From Candidatus Limnocylindrales bacterium (GTDB taxonomy: Bacteria > Chloroflexota > Limnocylindria > Limnocylindrales > CSP1-4): a stretch of DNA of 64,000 nt. Both the position numbers and the translations under genes were made by a program. The DNA lies in the NCBI GenBank assembly GCA_038248915.1, contig JBBRXB010000003.1, forward strand, positions 49,091 to 113,090, given 5' to 3'. The notes beneath the pieces are model-generated. The model made no database searches. It worked only from the letters and a program-made list of their open reading frames with translations, and was not told the DNA's origin. Each line of letters starts with the position of its first letter. Within the stretch, counting starts at the first letter, position 1. This document shows positions 18,500 through 28,589 of this stretch, one piece after another.

Positions 18500-19105
18500 G
18501 TGACCGGGGACGCCCATGTCATCGTCGATACCACGACCGCTGAAGATGACCGTCCGGTCGACATCGAGAGCATCGGCGAGGGCATCCGCCGTGAGCGTCT
18601 GCGTCGTGGTCTGACCCTCGCGCAGCTGGCGTCGCAGGTCAATCTGACCGTCAGCGCCCTGAGTCAGATCGAACGCGGGGCGTCCGATCCATCGATCAGC
18701 TCGTTGCGTCGGATCGCCGGGGCCTTTGACGTCCCGATGTTCCAGTTCATGATCGGTGGCGCTCAGCGCGAGATCGTCGTGCGGCGCGACCGACGCACGA
18801 AGCTCAATTTCCCCGACCGGGTGCTGGAGTACGAGCTGGTCTCGGCGGACACATCCGGCGAGTTCGAGGTCCTGTCGCTGGCCATCGCGCCGGGCGGCTC
18901 GACCGGCGCGGCCCCGACCGGCCATGCCAGCGAGGAATGCGCGATGGTCCTGACCGGCGAGGTCATCGCCGAGGTGGCCGGACAGACCTACACGCTGAGC
19001 GCGGGCGACAGCATCAAGATCCACCGCGAGCTGCTGCACCGGTTCCTCAACGTGAGCGACCGCGACGCCGAGGTCCTGATCATCATCAGCCCGCCGACGT
19101 TCTGA
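18500..19105 (+). CDS. XRE-family transcriptional regulator with C-terminal cupin sensor domain
   Basis: HTH region IRRERLRRGLTLAQLASQVNLTVSALSQIERG, followed by a cupin_2-like C-terminus. GTG start. Confidence 0.7.
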   Translation: MTGDAHVIVDTTTAEDDRPVDIESIGEGIRRERLRRGLTLAQLASQVNLTVSALSQIERGASDPSISSLRRIAGAFDVPMFQFMIGGAQREIVVRRDRRTKLNFPDRVLEYELVSADTSGEFEVLSLAIAPGGSTGAAPTGHASEECAMVLTGEVIAEVAGQTYTLSAGDSIKIHRELLHRFLNVSDRDAEVLIIISPPTF

Positions 19106-19167
19106 CCGGCGTCCGGGGTAACGCCCGGACGGCGTTCGGCAGCCGAAGGTTGCGGTACGAGCCTCCG

Positions 19168-20373
19168 ATGCTTGACAGCGTACCTGTACAATCCGCCGAT
19201 GCGAAAAGTCACACTGCATCGCGGCCCCGCGTGACGATCCCGGCCGAGCCTGCCACGCCCGTCGACATCGGGCGCGACTGGCGGACCATCGATACGCCGG
19301 CCCTCCTGGTCGACCTCGATCGCCTCGACGCCAACATCACGTCGATGGCGGATCATGCCCGCGCCAGCCGGGTGGCCCTGCGCCCCCATTTCAAGACCCA
19401 CAAGGCCGTCGCCATCGCGCGGCGACAGCTGGCGGCCGGCGCGGCCGGCATCACGGTGGCCAAACTCGACGAGGCGGAGGCGCTGGTCGACGGTGGCATC
19501 GAGGCGCCCATCCTCATCGCCTACCAGATCGTGGCGGCGCCCAAGCTTGAGCGCGCCGTCCGCCTCGCCGGTCGCGTGCCATTGACGCTGGCCGTGGACA
19601 GTGCCGAAGGCGCCGTCCGCCTGGCGGTGGCCGCCGGTGCGGCCGGCCGGACGATCGAGGTCTGGATCGAGATCGACAGCGGTCTCCAGCGCTGCGGCGT
19701 GGTCCCGGCCGACGCGCCGGACCTGGCCCGCACCGTGGCCGCCCAGCCGAACCTCCGACTGACCGGGATGTTCACCCATGCCGGCCAGTCGTACGCCGCG
19801 CGGGACGTGGCCGAGGTGGCGGTCATCGCCGTGGCCGAAGCGGGCGCGGTGGTCGAGGCGGCCAACGCGACCCGGGCGATCGGCATCCCGATCGAGACGG
19901 TCAGCGCCGGGTCCACCCCGACCGCACGATTCCTCGACGGGTCATCGGGCATCACCGAGATCCGGCCCGGCACCTACGCCTTCTACGACGCGCTCCAGGT
20001 CGCCCTCGGCTCCACGACCGCGGACCACTGCGCGTTGTCGATCGCGGCGACGATCATCAGCCGCCCGACCCGCGGGCGGGTCGTGGTCGATGCGGGATCC
20101 AAGACGCTGGGCCTGGACAAGGGCGCCCATTCGAGCGACCTGCTGACCGATTACGGCCGGTTGGTCGACGACGAAGGGGCCGTGGTCCGGCTGTCCGAGG
20201 AGCACGGCATCCTGCGCGTTCCGGACGACTCGCCCCTGGCCATCGGCGACCGGGTCCGGATCGTGCCCAACCATGTCTGCTCGGTGACAAACCTCGCCCG
20301 TCGGTTCTACGGGCTCCGCGGCGACGTGGTCCGCGAGATCATCCCGATCGATGCGGCGGGCGGCGTCCACTGA
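19168..20373 (+). CDS. DSD1-family PLP enzyme (alanine racemase-like N-terminal domain; D-serine deaminase/D-threonine aldolase-like)
   Basis: TPALLVDLDRLDANI N-terminus, the lysine-containing HFKTHK motif and overall family similarity. Start uncertain (ATG 19168 or GTG 19231). Confidence 0.7.
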   Translation: MLDSVPVQSADAKSHTASRPRVTIPAEPATPVDIGRDWRTIDTPALLVDLDRLDANITSMADHARASRVALRPHFKTHKAVAIARRQLAAGAAGITVAKLDEAEALVDGGIEAPILIAYQIVAAPKLERAVRLAGRVPLTLAVDSAEGAVRLAVAAGAAGRTIEVWIEIDSGLQRCGVVPADAPDLARTVAAQPNLRLTGMFTHAGQSYAARDVAEVAVIAVAEAGAVVEAANATRAIGIPIETVSAGSTPTARFLDGSSGITEIRPGTYAFYDALQVALGSTTADHCALSIAATIISRPTRGRVVVDAGSKTLGLDKGAHSSDLLTDYGRLVDDEGAVVRLSEEHGILRVPDDSPLAIGDRVRIVPNHVCSVTNLARRFYGLRGDVVREIIPIDAAGGVH

Positions 20374-21979
20374 CCTCGGGGCGCAGCACCCGCCCGAGCG
20401 ACGGCCGGACGGCCTGGCCAGCCTCGATCGCGAACGCCCCGGCCAGCAGCACAGCCTCCACACCGACCGCGGCCCGTGTCGGTTCCGCGTAGGTCGAGGC
20501 ATCGGCGACAGTCGTCGGGTCGAAGAGCACGAGGTCCGCCACGGCGCCCGGCACGACGCGACCGCGATCGGTCAGGCCGAGCGTCGCCGCCGGCAGGCCC
20601 GTCATCTTGTGGATGGCCGTCGGCAGGTCGAGCATCGCGCGGTCGCGCACGTAGCGCCCGAGAACGCGCACGAACGTTCCGTACGCGCGTGGGTGGACCC
20701 GGGCGTCACGGGTGAGGACGCCCAGCTGGTCGGACCCGATGGTCGTCGCCCGGTCGGCGATGATCGTGTCGACGTCCCGGTCGGCCATCATCGTCACGAT
20801 CATCATCGTCGCGCCGCGGTCCGCCGCCATGACGTCGAGCGCGAGCGTGAACGGATCGAGGCCGCGGGCGGCAGCCGACCGGGCGATCGTCTCGCCCTCC
20901 AGCCAGCGGAGCGACGGATCGATGACCGCGGCGACCATGATCCCGTCCCAGCCGCCGGTCGCCACGATGTAGTTCGGCCAGCCGGGGATGCCCGTCGCCA
21001 CGTCGGCCGCGATCCGGCCCCGGACCTCAGTCGACCCGAGCCGCTCCACCAGCGCGTCCGTCCCGCCGTCGTGGACCCAGGCAGGCAGCAGCTGGGTCAG
21101 GAGCGTGCTGCCGGCCGTGTACGGATAGGCGTCGTGATGGACCCGCAGACCCTCCGCGCGCGCTCGGGCGAGCAGCGCGAGGGCCTCGCCGGCGCGGCCG
21201 TGGTTGGATCGGCCGGCGCTCTTGAGATGCGACACCTCGACCCGGACGCCCAGGCGCCGTCCGATCGTGATCGCCTCATCGAGAGCGTCGGTCAGCGTGT
21301 CGGTCTCGTTGCGGATGTGACTGGCGTACAGGCCGTCGACCGGCCGAAGCGCCTCGCCGACCGCGACGATCTCGTCGGTCCCGGCGTACGCCCCGGGCGG
21401 ATAGACGAGCCCGGTGCTCATCCCCCATGCGCCCTCCGCAAGCGCGGCCACGGCGGCCGCGCGCATCCCGTCGAGCTCGGACACAGTGGCGGAGCGTTCG
21501 TCGGCCCCGACCACCGATAGCCGGAGCATGCCGTGACCGACCAGCGCGATCGTATTGACCGCGGGCCGCGCGGCCTCGAGGCGCGCCAGGTACTGACCGA
21601 AGCTCCGCCAGCCCCAGTCGAGATCGGGTCCTAGACCGTGGCAGGACGCCCGCTGCTCATCAGCCAGCCCCCTGTCCAGGGACAGCGGCGCGGGTGAGTA
21701 GCCGCAGTTGCCGATGACCTCGGTAGTCACCCCCTGGGTCACCGAGTTGATCGCGTCGGGATAGGACGGCAGCGTGAAATCGGCATGCGAGTGCATGTCG
21801 ATGAACCCCGGCGCCAGGACGAGCCCGCCCGCGTCGACGACCCGTGCTGTGTCGGGCTCGGCAGCACCGCTGGCGACCACCGCGGCGATCCGCCCGCCTT
21901 CGATGGCGACGTTCGCGCGCCGCCCCGGCGCCCCTGTCCCATCGATGACGGTGGCGCCGCGGATGAGCAGATCGGTCAT
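20339..21979 (-). CDS. N-acyl-D-amino-acid deacylase (D-aminoacylase) family amidohydrolase
   Basis: LIRGATVIDGTG...IDMHSHADF metal-binding motif. 546 aa, family similarity throughout. Confidence 0.85.
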   Translation of the reverse strand: MTDLLIRGATVIDGTGAPGRRANVAIEGGRIAAVVASGAAEPDTARVVDAGGLVLAPGFIDMHSHADFTLPSYPDAINSVTQGVTTEVIGNCGYSPAPLSLDRGLADEQRASCHGLGPDLDWGWRSFGQYLARLEAARPAVNTIALVGHGMLRLSVVGADERSATVSELDGMRAAAVAALAEGAWGMSTGLVYPPGAYAGTDEIVAVGEALRPVDGLYASHIRNETDTLTDALDEAITIGRRLGVRVEVSHLKSAGRSNHGRAGEALALLARARAEGLRVHHDAYPYTAGSTLLTQLLPAWVHDGGTDALVERLGSTEVRGRIAADVATGIPGWPNYIVATGGWDGIMVAAVIDPSLRWLEGETIARSAAARGLDPFTLALDVMAADRGATMMIVTMMADRDVDTIIADRATTIGSDQLGVLTRDARVHPRAYGTFVRVLGRYVRDRAMLDLPTAIHKMTGLPAATLGLTDRGRVVPGAVADLVLFDPTTVADASTYAEPTRAAVGVEAVLLAGAFAIEAGQAVRPSLGRVLRPEVSGRRPPHRSG

Positions 21980-22077
21980 GCGCGCGGGCCCGCATCGTCC
22001 ACAGGTAGAGTGTACTGGAGACTTGATGGTGAAGTCCTGATGTAATACCCTCGACACCGAGGAGGGCACCCCAGCGC

Positions 22078-23055
22078 ATGAAGATCGGTCTGCTCCTGCC
22101 CCAGGGCTACTTCAACGAGTTCGAAGGCTGGCAACCGGTCGCGGCGTGGCAGCGCATCCTCGAGATCGCACGGCTCGGCGAGCGGCTCGGCTTCGATGCG
22201 CTGTGGGCCGGCGAGCACACGCTTTCCAAGTGGGATCCGGAGGGCATGGTCTTCGACTGCGTGACCCTCCATACGGCGGTCGCGGCGGCGGTCCCCCGCG
22301 TGGACATCGGGTTCGGGGTCATCAACTCCACCTTCCGCAATCCGGCGATGACGGCCAAGATGGCGTCCACCCTGGACACGATCAGCGGCGGCCGACTCAT
22401 CCTGGGCCTCGGCTGCGGCTTCAAGCCGAGCGAGGCGAACGCGTTCGGGGTGCCGTTCCCGGACATGAAGGAACGCCTGGCGATCCTTGGTGAGCACTTC
22501 GAGATCATCAGCCGGATGACCCGCCGAGACGAGGCGCCGTTCACGTTCGAAGGACAGCGCGCCCGGGTCGAGAACGTCGTCAACAACCCGCGGACCGGGG
22601 GCGGCGACCACGTCCGCCTGGCGATCGGCGGTCACGGCAAGAACGTGACCATGCGGCTGGCGGCCAGGTACTGCGACGAGATCAACGTCGACCTGCCGGC
22701 TGACGCGCTGCCCGAGGCGATCGCCGTCCTGGCCGACCGGTGCGACGAGATCGGCCGCGACCCGGCATCGTTGGACATCGTGACCGGCACCAACCCGGCC
22801 TGGCCCTACCCGGGGCTGCGCGCGATCGGCCGTCAGCGGCTGATGGCTAAGGAGGACCTGCCGGCGATCATGCCCTACGACTTCGACGATCTTTTGCCGC
22901 GCGCTGACGAGATGGCGCAATGGGTGGAGCTCGGGATCGACAGCATCATCTGTGGCGTGCCGGGCCTGGTCGATACCGACGAGGGCGTCTACGAGCTGAT
23001 CGACGACCTGCGGACCGCCGGCATCGAGCTGACGCCCGTCGCGGCGACGGCGTAG
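22078..23055 (+). CDS. LLM-class F420-dependent (luciferase-like) oxidoreductase
   Basis: KIGLLLPQG...LWAGEH N-terminus and TIM-barrel LLM similarity. Confidence 0.8.
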   Translation: MKIGLLLPQGYFNEFEGWQPVAAWQRILEIARLGERLGFDALWAGEHTLSKWDPEGMVFDCVTLHTAVAAAVPRVDIGFGVINSTFRNPAMTAKMASTLDTISGGRLILGLGCGFKPSEANAFGVPFPDMKERLAILGEHFEIISRMTRRDEAPFTFEGQRARVENVVNNPRTGGGDHVRLAIGGHGKNVTMRLAARYCDEINVDLPADALPEAIAVLADRCDEIGRDPASLDIVTGTNPAWPYPGLRAIGRQRLMAKEDLPAIMPYDFDDLLPRADEMAQWVELGIDSIICGVPGLVDTDEGVYELIDDLRTAGIELTPVAATA

Positions 23056-23062
23056 GCCCGCC

Positions 23063-24046
23063 ATGCAAGTCGGCCTGGTCCTGCCGCAGGGATATTTCAA
23101 CGAGTTCGAGGGCTGGCAGCCCGGCCGCGCCTGGGCCCGCATCGTCGAACTCGCCCAGACCGCCGAGCGCCTCGGCTTCGAGTCCATCTGGACCGGCGAG
23201 CACGTCCTGTCAAAGTGGCCGGGCGAGTCGATCGCCTTCGACTGCTGGGCGCTGTCGTCGGGCCTGGCGCCGCTGGTGCCGCGAGTCGGCATCGGGATGG
23301 TCGTCCTGAACTCGACGTTCCATAACCCGGCGATGACCGCCAAGGCGGCCTCGACCCTCGACGCGATCAGCGGCGGGCGGCTGACCCTCGGGCTTGGAGC
23401 CGGGTTCAAGGACAACGAGGCGGCCGCGTACGGCCACGCCTACCCGGGGCTCAAGGACCGCATGGAATGGCTGTCCGAGCACTTCGAGATCATCTGGCGG
23501 GCTACCCGCCGGGACGAGCCCGGGTTCTCCTTCAAAGGGACGTACTCGTGGGTCGACGACCTGACCAACAGCCCGCGCTCGGCCCGCGCGCCGGGCATCA
23601 AGCTGCTCATCGGCGGCCATGGCAAGAACTACACGTTCCGGCTCGCAGCGCGCTACTGCGACGAGCTCAACCTCAACGTCTTCCCGGACGAGGTCCCGGC
23701 GCTCCTCGAGGTGTTCGGCGAGCGGTGCGCGGAGATCGGGCGCGACCAGGCTACCGTCGAGCTCAACTGCGGCACCAACCAGATCATGCGTTACAAGGAC
23801 CTCAAGGTGACCGGCGGGCAGCGTTTCGCCGAACCACATGAGCTGGCCTACCAGGATCCGGAACGGGTGGCCAATGTCGGCACGCGGGCGGAGGAACTGG
23901 CGGCCTGGAATGAGCTCGGGTTCGACCGGATCACGGCCGGCATCCCGGGCCTCCAGAACACCGACGAAGGGCTGTACGAGTTCATCGACGACTGCCGGAC
24001 GGCCGGGATCGACTTCTTCGATCGTCAGACGGCGCCGGTCGCATGA
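23063..24046 (+). CDS. LLM-class F420-dependent oxidoreductase (tandem paralog)
   Basis: ~55% identical to the preceding gene by eye (MQVGLVLPQGYFNEFEGWQP...). Confidence 0.8.
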   Translation: MQVGLVLPQGYFNEFEGWQPGRAWARIVELAQTAERLGFESIWTGEHVLSKWPGESIAFDCWALSSGLAPLVPRVGIGMVVLNSTFHNPAMTAKAASTLDAISGGRLTLGLGAGFKDNEAAAYGHAYPGLKDRMEWLSEHFEIIWRATRRDEPGFSFKGTYSWVDDLTNSPRSARAPGIKLLIGGHGKNYTFRLAARYCDELNLNVFPDEVPALLEVFGERCAEIGRDQATVELNCGTNQIMRYKDLKVTGGQRFAEPHELAYQDPERVANVGTRAEELAAWNELGFDRITAGIPGLQNTDEGLYEFIDDCRTAGIDFFDRQTAPVA

Positions 24047-25068
24047 CCATCCGGATCGGGATCATCGGCTCCGGCTTCATGGGTCGGACCTGGGCGGAAG
24101 TCGCCGCCAACCATGCTCAGGGCACCTCGCTCAGCGCGGTCAGCGGCGGCCATCGGGCGGCCGCCCTGGCGTCCGACATGGGCATCCCGCTCGAGGCCAG
24201 CCTCGAAGCGCTGCTGTCCCGTGACGACATCGACGCGGTCGTCCTCGCCACGCCTCCGGCGGGCCACCTGCGCCAGACGCTCCAGGTGGCGGCGGCCGGC
24301 CGGCACCTGCTGGTCGAGAAGCCGATGGCCCAATCGGCCTCGGAATGCGCCGAGATGGTCGCCGCCTGCCGAGCCGCTGGCGTCCGCCTGTCGGTCGTGT
24401 CCCAGCATCGCTTCCGCGACACACCGGTCGCCGCCAAGCGGCTCATCGACGAGGGCGCCATCGGTGACATCCGGATGATCCAGCTGACCGGCGCCGAAGT
24501 CGGCTGGTGGGATCTGGCCGACCGCGGCGACGAGTGGAAGCTCGATCCGCACCAGCAGACGGCGTGGGCCTCGTGGGGCGCCCACAGCTGCGACCTGCTG
24601 CGCTGGTTCACCGGCGCGGACGGCGAGCTGGCCTTCGCCCGGATCACCAACTACTCCGGAACGCCGCCGGATGTCGGCCAGAGCGCGGTGGTGACCTACG
24701 AGATGACGTCCGGCGTCCTGGTGCAGATCCTCATGAGCTACGAGTTCCCGCCGCCCGGGCTCAGCCCGTCGTGGCCATGGCGGATCGTCGGCTCGAAGGG
24801 GATCATCGAGCTCGATCCGTACGCCTCCGTCCGGCTTGGACGCGGCGATGGCTGGGAGGTTGTCGCCGAGCAGGCGCCGTTCGACCCGCTGGACGCCTCG
24901 GACCCGATCCGCCTGCGCGCCTACGCGCGTCAGCTCGAGGACCTCGTCGCCGCCATCGTCGACGGCCACGACCCGCTGGTGTCCGGCGAAGAGGGCCGGA
25001 GCACGACCGCGATGCTCGACGCCGCCGAGCGTTCGGCTGCCAGCGGGACGTCCGCGGCGGTCGCCTGA
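24043..25068 (+). CDS. Gfo/Idh/MocA family oxidoreductase
   Basis: ATGA overlap with the upstream stop. IRIGIIGSGFMG and EKPMA motifs. Confidence 0.85.
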   Translation: MTIRIGIIGSGFMGRTWAEVAANHAQGTSLSAVSGGHRAAALASDMGIPLEASLEALLSRDDIDAVVLATPPAGHLRQTLQVAAAGRHLLVEKPMAQSASECAEMVAACRAAGVRLSVVSQHRFRDTPVAAKRLIDEGAIGDIRMIQLTGAEVGWWDLADRGDEWKLDPHQQTAWASWGAHSCDLLRWFTGADGELAFARITNYSGTPPDVGQSAVVTYEMTSGVLVQILMSYEFPPPGLSPSWPWRIVGSKGIIELDPYASVRLGRGDGWEVVAEQAPFDPLDASDPIRLRAYARQLEDLVAAIVDGHDPLVSGEEGRSTTAMLDAAERSAASGTSAAVA

Positions 25069-25090
25069 CCAACAGAGGAGACCGACGCCG

Positions 25091-26017
25091 ATGACGACCG
25101 AACGCGCCGCGAGCGCCTGGACCGATCATCCCGGTGGCGCGCTGCGCTATCGGGCGAACTCGCGGTTCGGGGCGGACGGGCTGCCGTCGGGCGCGTGGTT
25201 CGGGCGGGTCTCCGGGGCGATCGAGGCGCCCGACGGCTCGGTCGTCGTCTTCCAGCGTGGCCCGTCCATCGAGCCGATCGTCGTGCTCGATCGCGAGGGC
25301 CGCTATCTGCGGTCGTGGGACCACGGCTTCGGCCTGCCCCATGGTCTCCGGCTGATGCCCGATGGCAACCTGTGGCTGACCGACGCCGGCCGCCACCGCG
25401 TGCTCAAGACGACGCTCGACGGCGTGGTGCTGATGGAGCTCGGCACGGTCGGCGTCGCCGGCACGGACGAGCGCACGTTCGACAAGCCGACCGACGTCGC
25501 GGTCGCCGCCGACGGCACGATCTACGTCGCTGACGGCTACGGCAATTGCCGGGTCGTGGTGTTCGATCCGGACGGCACGTATCGCGGGACGTGGGGCCGG
25601 ACCGGGACGGCGCCGGGCGAATTCGACACGCCCCACTCGGTGGCGATCGCGCCGGATGGCTCGATCTGGGTCAGCGATCGCGGCAACCTGCGGATCCAGC
25701 GGTTCGAACCGGACGGCCGCTACATCGACGCATGGACGCACCTCGGCGCCACCCAGTGCATCCAGTTTTACGAGGACGAGCTGTGGGTCATCACCCACCG
25801 CACGATCGGCGAGTTGCTCGGCTGGGACAGCCTCGGCGGTCGGATCATGCGGGTCGACCCGGCGAGCGGCGACGTGCTCGGGTCGCTCCCGCTGGCCGGC
25901 CACTTCTTCCACCGGGCGCCGTCCGGTGACATCTGGGTCGGCGCGCTCAATGGGACCGTGGTCCGGCTGACGACCGACTGGAACGAGCTGCCGGGCGAGG
26001 ACGAGCCGGCGCGATGA
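25091..26017 (+). CDS. NHL-repeat six-bladed beta-propeller protein (possible lactonase)
   Basis: Repeated ...DG.IYVAD..N.RV..F..DG... units. GAGGAG RBS. Confidence 0.65.
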   Translation: MTTERAASAWTDHPGGALRYRANSRFGADGLPSGAWFGRVSGAIEAPDGSVVVFQRGPSIEPIVVLDREGRYLRSWDHGFGLPHGLRLMPDGNLWLTDAGRHRVLKTTLDGVVLMELGTVGVAGTDERTFDKPTDVAVAADGTIYVADGYGNCRVVVFDPDGTYRGTWGRTGTAPGEFDTPHSVAIAPDGSIWVSDRGNLRIQRFEPDGRYIDAWTHLGATQCIQFYEDELWVITHRTIGELLGWDSLGGRIMRVDPASGDVLGSLPLAGHFFHRAPSGDIWVGALNGTVVRLTTDWNELPGEDEPAR

Positions 26018-26994
26018 CGTTCAAGGTCGGCGCCCAGATCCTGACCTACGGCTCGACCTGGGACGAAGCGCTCGACGTCGTTCGGTGGCTGGACGGCGCC
26101 GGCTACACGTACATCTGGGGCCACGACCACCTGTACTCCACTGGTGGCGACCCGTACCAGGGGTTCTTCGAGGGCTGGACGACGCTGGCAGCGTGGGCCC
26201 AGGCGACGACGCGCGCTCGGCTCGGGCTGCTGGTCGGCGCCAACACCTTCCGTAACCCTGGGGTCGTGGCCAAGATGGCGGTCACCATCGACCATGCCAG
26301 CCACGGCCGGTCGATCCTCGGGCTGGGCGCCGGCAACGTTGCGTTCGAGAACATCGCCCACGGCATCGATCCCGGCAAGACCATCGGTCAGCGGATGGAC
26401 TGGTTCGAGGAGTCGCTCGGAATGGTCATCGCCCTCCTCGCCGGCGACGAGGTCACCCACCACTCGGACAAGTACCAGTTCGAGGCGGTTCGCCACGCGC
26501 CGCGTCCGTTCCAGCCGCGGATCCCGGTCGTCATCGGGGCCGACGGCGAGAAGCGCGGCTTGAAGTTGGCAGCCCGGCACGCCGACATCTGGCAATGGTT
26601 TGCGCCATTCGACGGCGTCGAGCTGTTCCGCCACAAGGACGAGGTCCTGCAAACGCACGCGGCGAACGAAGGCCGGGACGCGACGACCATCGAGCGGATG
26701 CTCGGCGCCAAGCTCGTCCTCCGCTCCGACCCCGACGAGGCCCAGCGGGTCGCCGAGGAGCTCGTCGCGATCCACAAGTGGGGTCCCTCGGTCTGGGACT
26801 CCGTGTGGGCGACGACCCCGGAGCGGGCCGCCGCTCGCCTGGTCGAATTCATCGAGGCTGGGGCACACTCGTTCAGCCCCCAGATCGGCTGGCCGTACGA
26901 CCGCGAGACGATCGAGCGCCTCATCAGCGAGGTCAAGCCGGCCGTCGAGGCGAGCGTCGCCCGGGGGGATGCGGGCGAGGTGCCAGGAGAGTGA
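26014..26994 (+). CDS. LLM-class F420-dependent oxidoreductase
   Basis: ATGA overlap with the upstream stop. LLM similarity (YIWGHDHL..., GLGAGN). Confidence 0.8.
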   Translation: MTFKVGAQILTYGSTWDEALDVVRWLDGAGYTYIWGHDHLYSTGGDPYQGFFEGWTTLAAWAQATTRARLGLLVGANTFRNPGVVAKMAVTIDHASHGRSILGLGAGNVAFENIAHGIDPGKTIGQRMDWFEESLGMVIALLAGDEVTHHSDKYQFEAVRHAPRPFQPRIPVVIGADGEKRGLKLAARHADIWQWFAPFDGVELFRHKDEVLQTHAANEGRDATTIERMLGAKLVLRSDPDEAQRVAEELVAIHKWGPSVWDSVWATTPERAAARLVEFIEAGAHSFSPQIGWPYDRETIERLISEVKPAVEASVARGDAGEVPGE

Positions 26995-28589
26995 TGGCCG
27001 TGCCCGATCTGGACCTCGTGCTGGCCGGCGGCTCGGTCGTCGACGGGAGTGGCGCCCCGCGTCGTCGGGCGGACGTTGGCGTGGCCGGGGGACGGATCGT
27101 CGCCATCGGAGATCTTTCGGCGGGACCCGGCACCGAACGCATCGATGCAACGGACCGTATCGTCGCGCCCGGCTGGGTGGACCTCCACAGCCACTCGGAT
27201 TTCACGCTCCTCAGCGACGGCCGTGCGGTCAGCAAGGTCGCGCAGGGCGTGACCACCGAAGTCAATGGCAATTGCGGGATGGGTGGCGTGCCGCTCCCGC
27301 CGACGGTCGCCGACCTCACGCGTGCGGCCAACGCCACGGTCGACCCGGACCCGACTGTGCGCTGGGACTGGTCGGACCTTGCGGGCTACGTCAAGGCCCT
27401 CCATGACACCGGCCTGGCGGTCAACACGGCGCCCTTGATCGGTCACGTGACGTTGCGGATCGCGGTCGCCGGGGAGGCGGCGCGACCACTCGACGATGGT
27501 GAGCGCGGCGCGCTCGTCGCCGCCATCGACGCCGGCCTCGATGGCGGCGCGGCGGGCGTATCGACGGGGCTGATGTATCCGCCGGCGATGTCGGCCGACC
27601 GCGACGAACTCGTGGCGATCGGGCGGGCAGTGGCGCGACACGACCGCTTGTTCGCGGTCCACATGCGCAACTACAGCGACCACCTGCTCGAGGCGGTGAC
27701 CGAGGCGCTCGACATCGCGCGAGCGAGCGGGTGCCGCCTCCAGATCTCGCATCTGGCGGTCGCCGGTCGGCGCAACTGGGGGACCGTGCCACGCGCCCTC
27801 GAGTTGATCGAGGCGGCACGCGCGGACGGTGTCGATGTGGCCGTGGACATCTATCCGTACATCGCGGGCAGCGCCAACCTCTCGCAGCTCCTCCCGGTCT
27901 GGGCTCAGGCCGGCGGCCCGGCGGTCATCGTCAAACGCCTGTCCAGCGCGGAGGAACGCCGAACGATCCGGGAAGATTGGCACGAGAGCCTGTTCTTCGG
28001 ATGGGACGAGATCGAGGTCTCGTCGTCGGAGCCAGGGCTGGAGGACGCGCTGGGCCTGACGGTCCAGGCCGTCGCCGAGGCTTGGTCCATGGACCCGAAC
28101 GAGACCGCGCTGTCATTGATCGCGCGCAGCGACAACCGAATCCAGATGGTCGCCTACGGCCGGTCCGAGGACGACCTCCGCGCGGTGCTGACCCACGACC
28201 TCACCTCGATCGGGTCCGATGGCCTGGCCATGGATCCAGATGGACCGTCGTCCGCGGGTCGGCCGCATCCGCGATCGTTCGGCTGTTACCCGCGTCTCCT
28301 CGGACGCTACGTCCGTGATGCCGGGCTGCTCACGCTCGAGCGGGCGGTCGAGATGTCCACCTCGCGCCCCGCCGACCGGGCCGGGCTGGTCGATCGCGGA
28401 CGGATCGTGGAGGGTGCCATCGCGGACCTCGTGGTCTTCGATCCGGACACCATCATCGATGCCGCCACCTTCGCGGCACCGACCCTTCGGCCGGTCGGGA
28501 TCCACGAGGTCGTCGTGGCTGGGCGCAGAGTCCTCGCGGATGGCCGGCAGCTCGACGCCACGCGGCCCGGCCAGGCGTTGCTCGCGTGA
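26994..28589 (+). CDS. N-acyl-D-amino-acid deacylase (D-aminoacylase) family amidohydrolase, second paralog
   Basis: VDLHSHSDFTLL...TTEVNGNCG, paralogous to 20339..21979. TGATG overlap with the upstream stop. Confidence 0.85.
   Translation: MAVPDLDLVLAGGSVVDGSGAPRRRADVGVAGGRIVAIGDLSAGPGTERIDATDRIVAPGWVDLHSHSDFTLLSDGRAVSKVAQGVTTEVNGNCGMGGVPLPPTVADLTRAANATVDPDPTVRWDWSDLAGYVKALHDTGLAVNTAPLIGHVTLRIAVAGEAARPLDDGERGALVAAIDAGLDGGAAGVSTGLMYPPAMSADRDELVAIGRAVARHDRLFAVHMRNYSDHLLEAVTEALDIARASGCRLQISHLAVAGRRNWGTVPRALELIEAARADGVDVAVDIYPYIAGSANLSQLLPVWAQAGGPAVIVKRLSSAEERRTIREDWHESLFFGWDEIEVSSSEPGLEDALGLTVQAVAEAWSMDPNETALSLIARSDNRIQMVAYGRSEDDLRAVLTHDLTSIGSDGLAMDPDGPSSAGRPHPRSFGCYPRLLGRYVRDAGLLTLERAVEMSTSRPADRAGLVDRGRIVEGAIADLVVFDPDTIIDAATFAAPTLRPVGIHEVVVAGRRVLADGRQLDATRPGQALLA

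Noticed and set aside
19172-19192. TTGACA ... TACAAT pair just inside the DSD1 gene 5' end; right half resembles the operator half-site (TGTACAATCC)
   Set aside because: The spacing between the hexamers is only 9 bp, so it is not a functional -35/-10 pair. Only a half-site matches the palindrome. Kept as a possible hint that the true start codon is downstream (GTG 19231).
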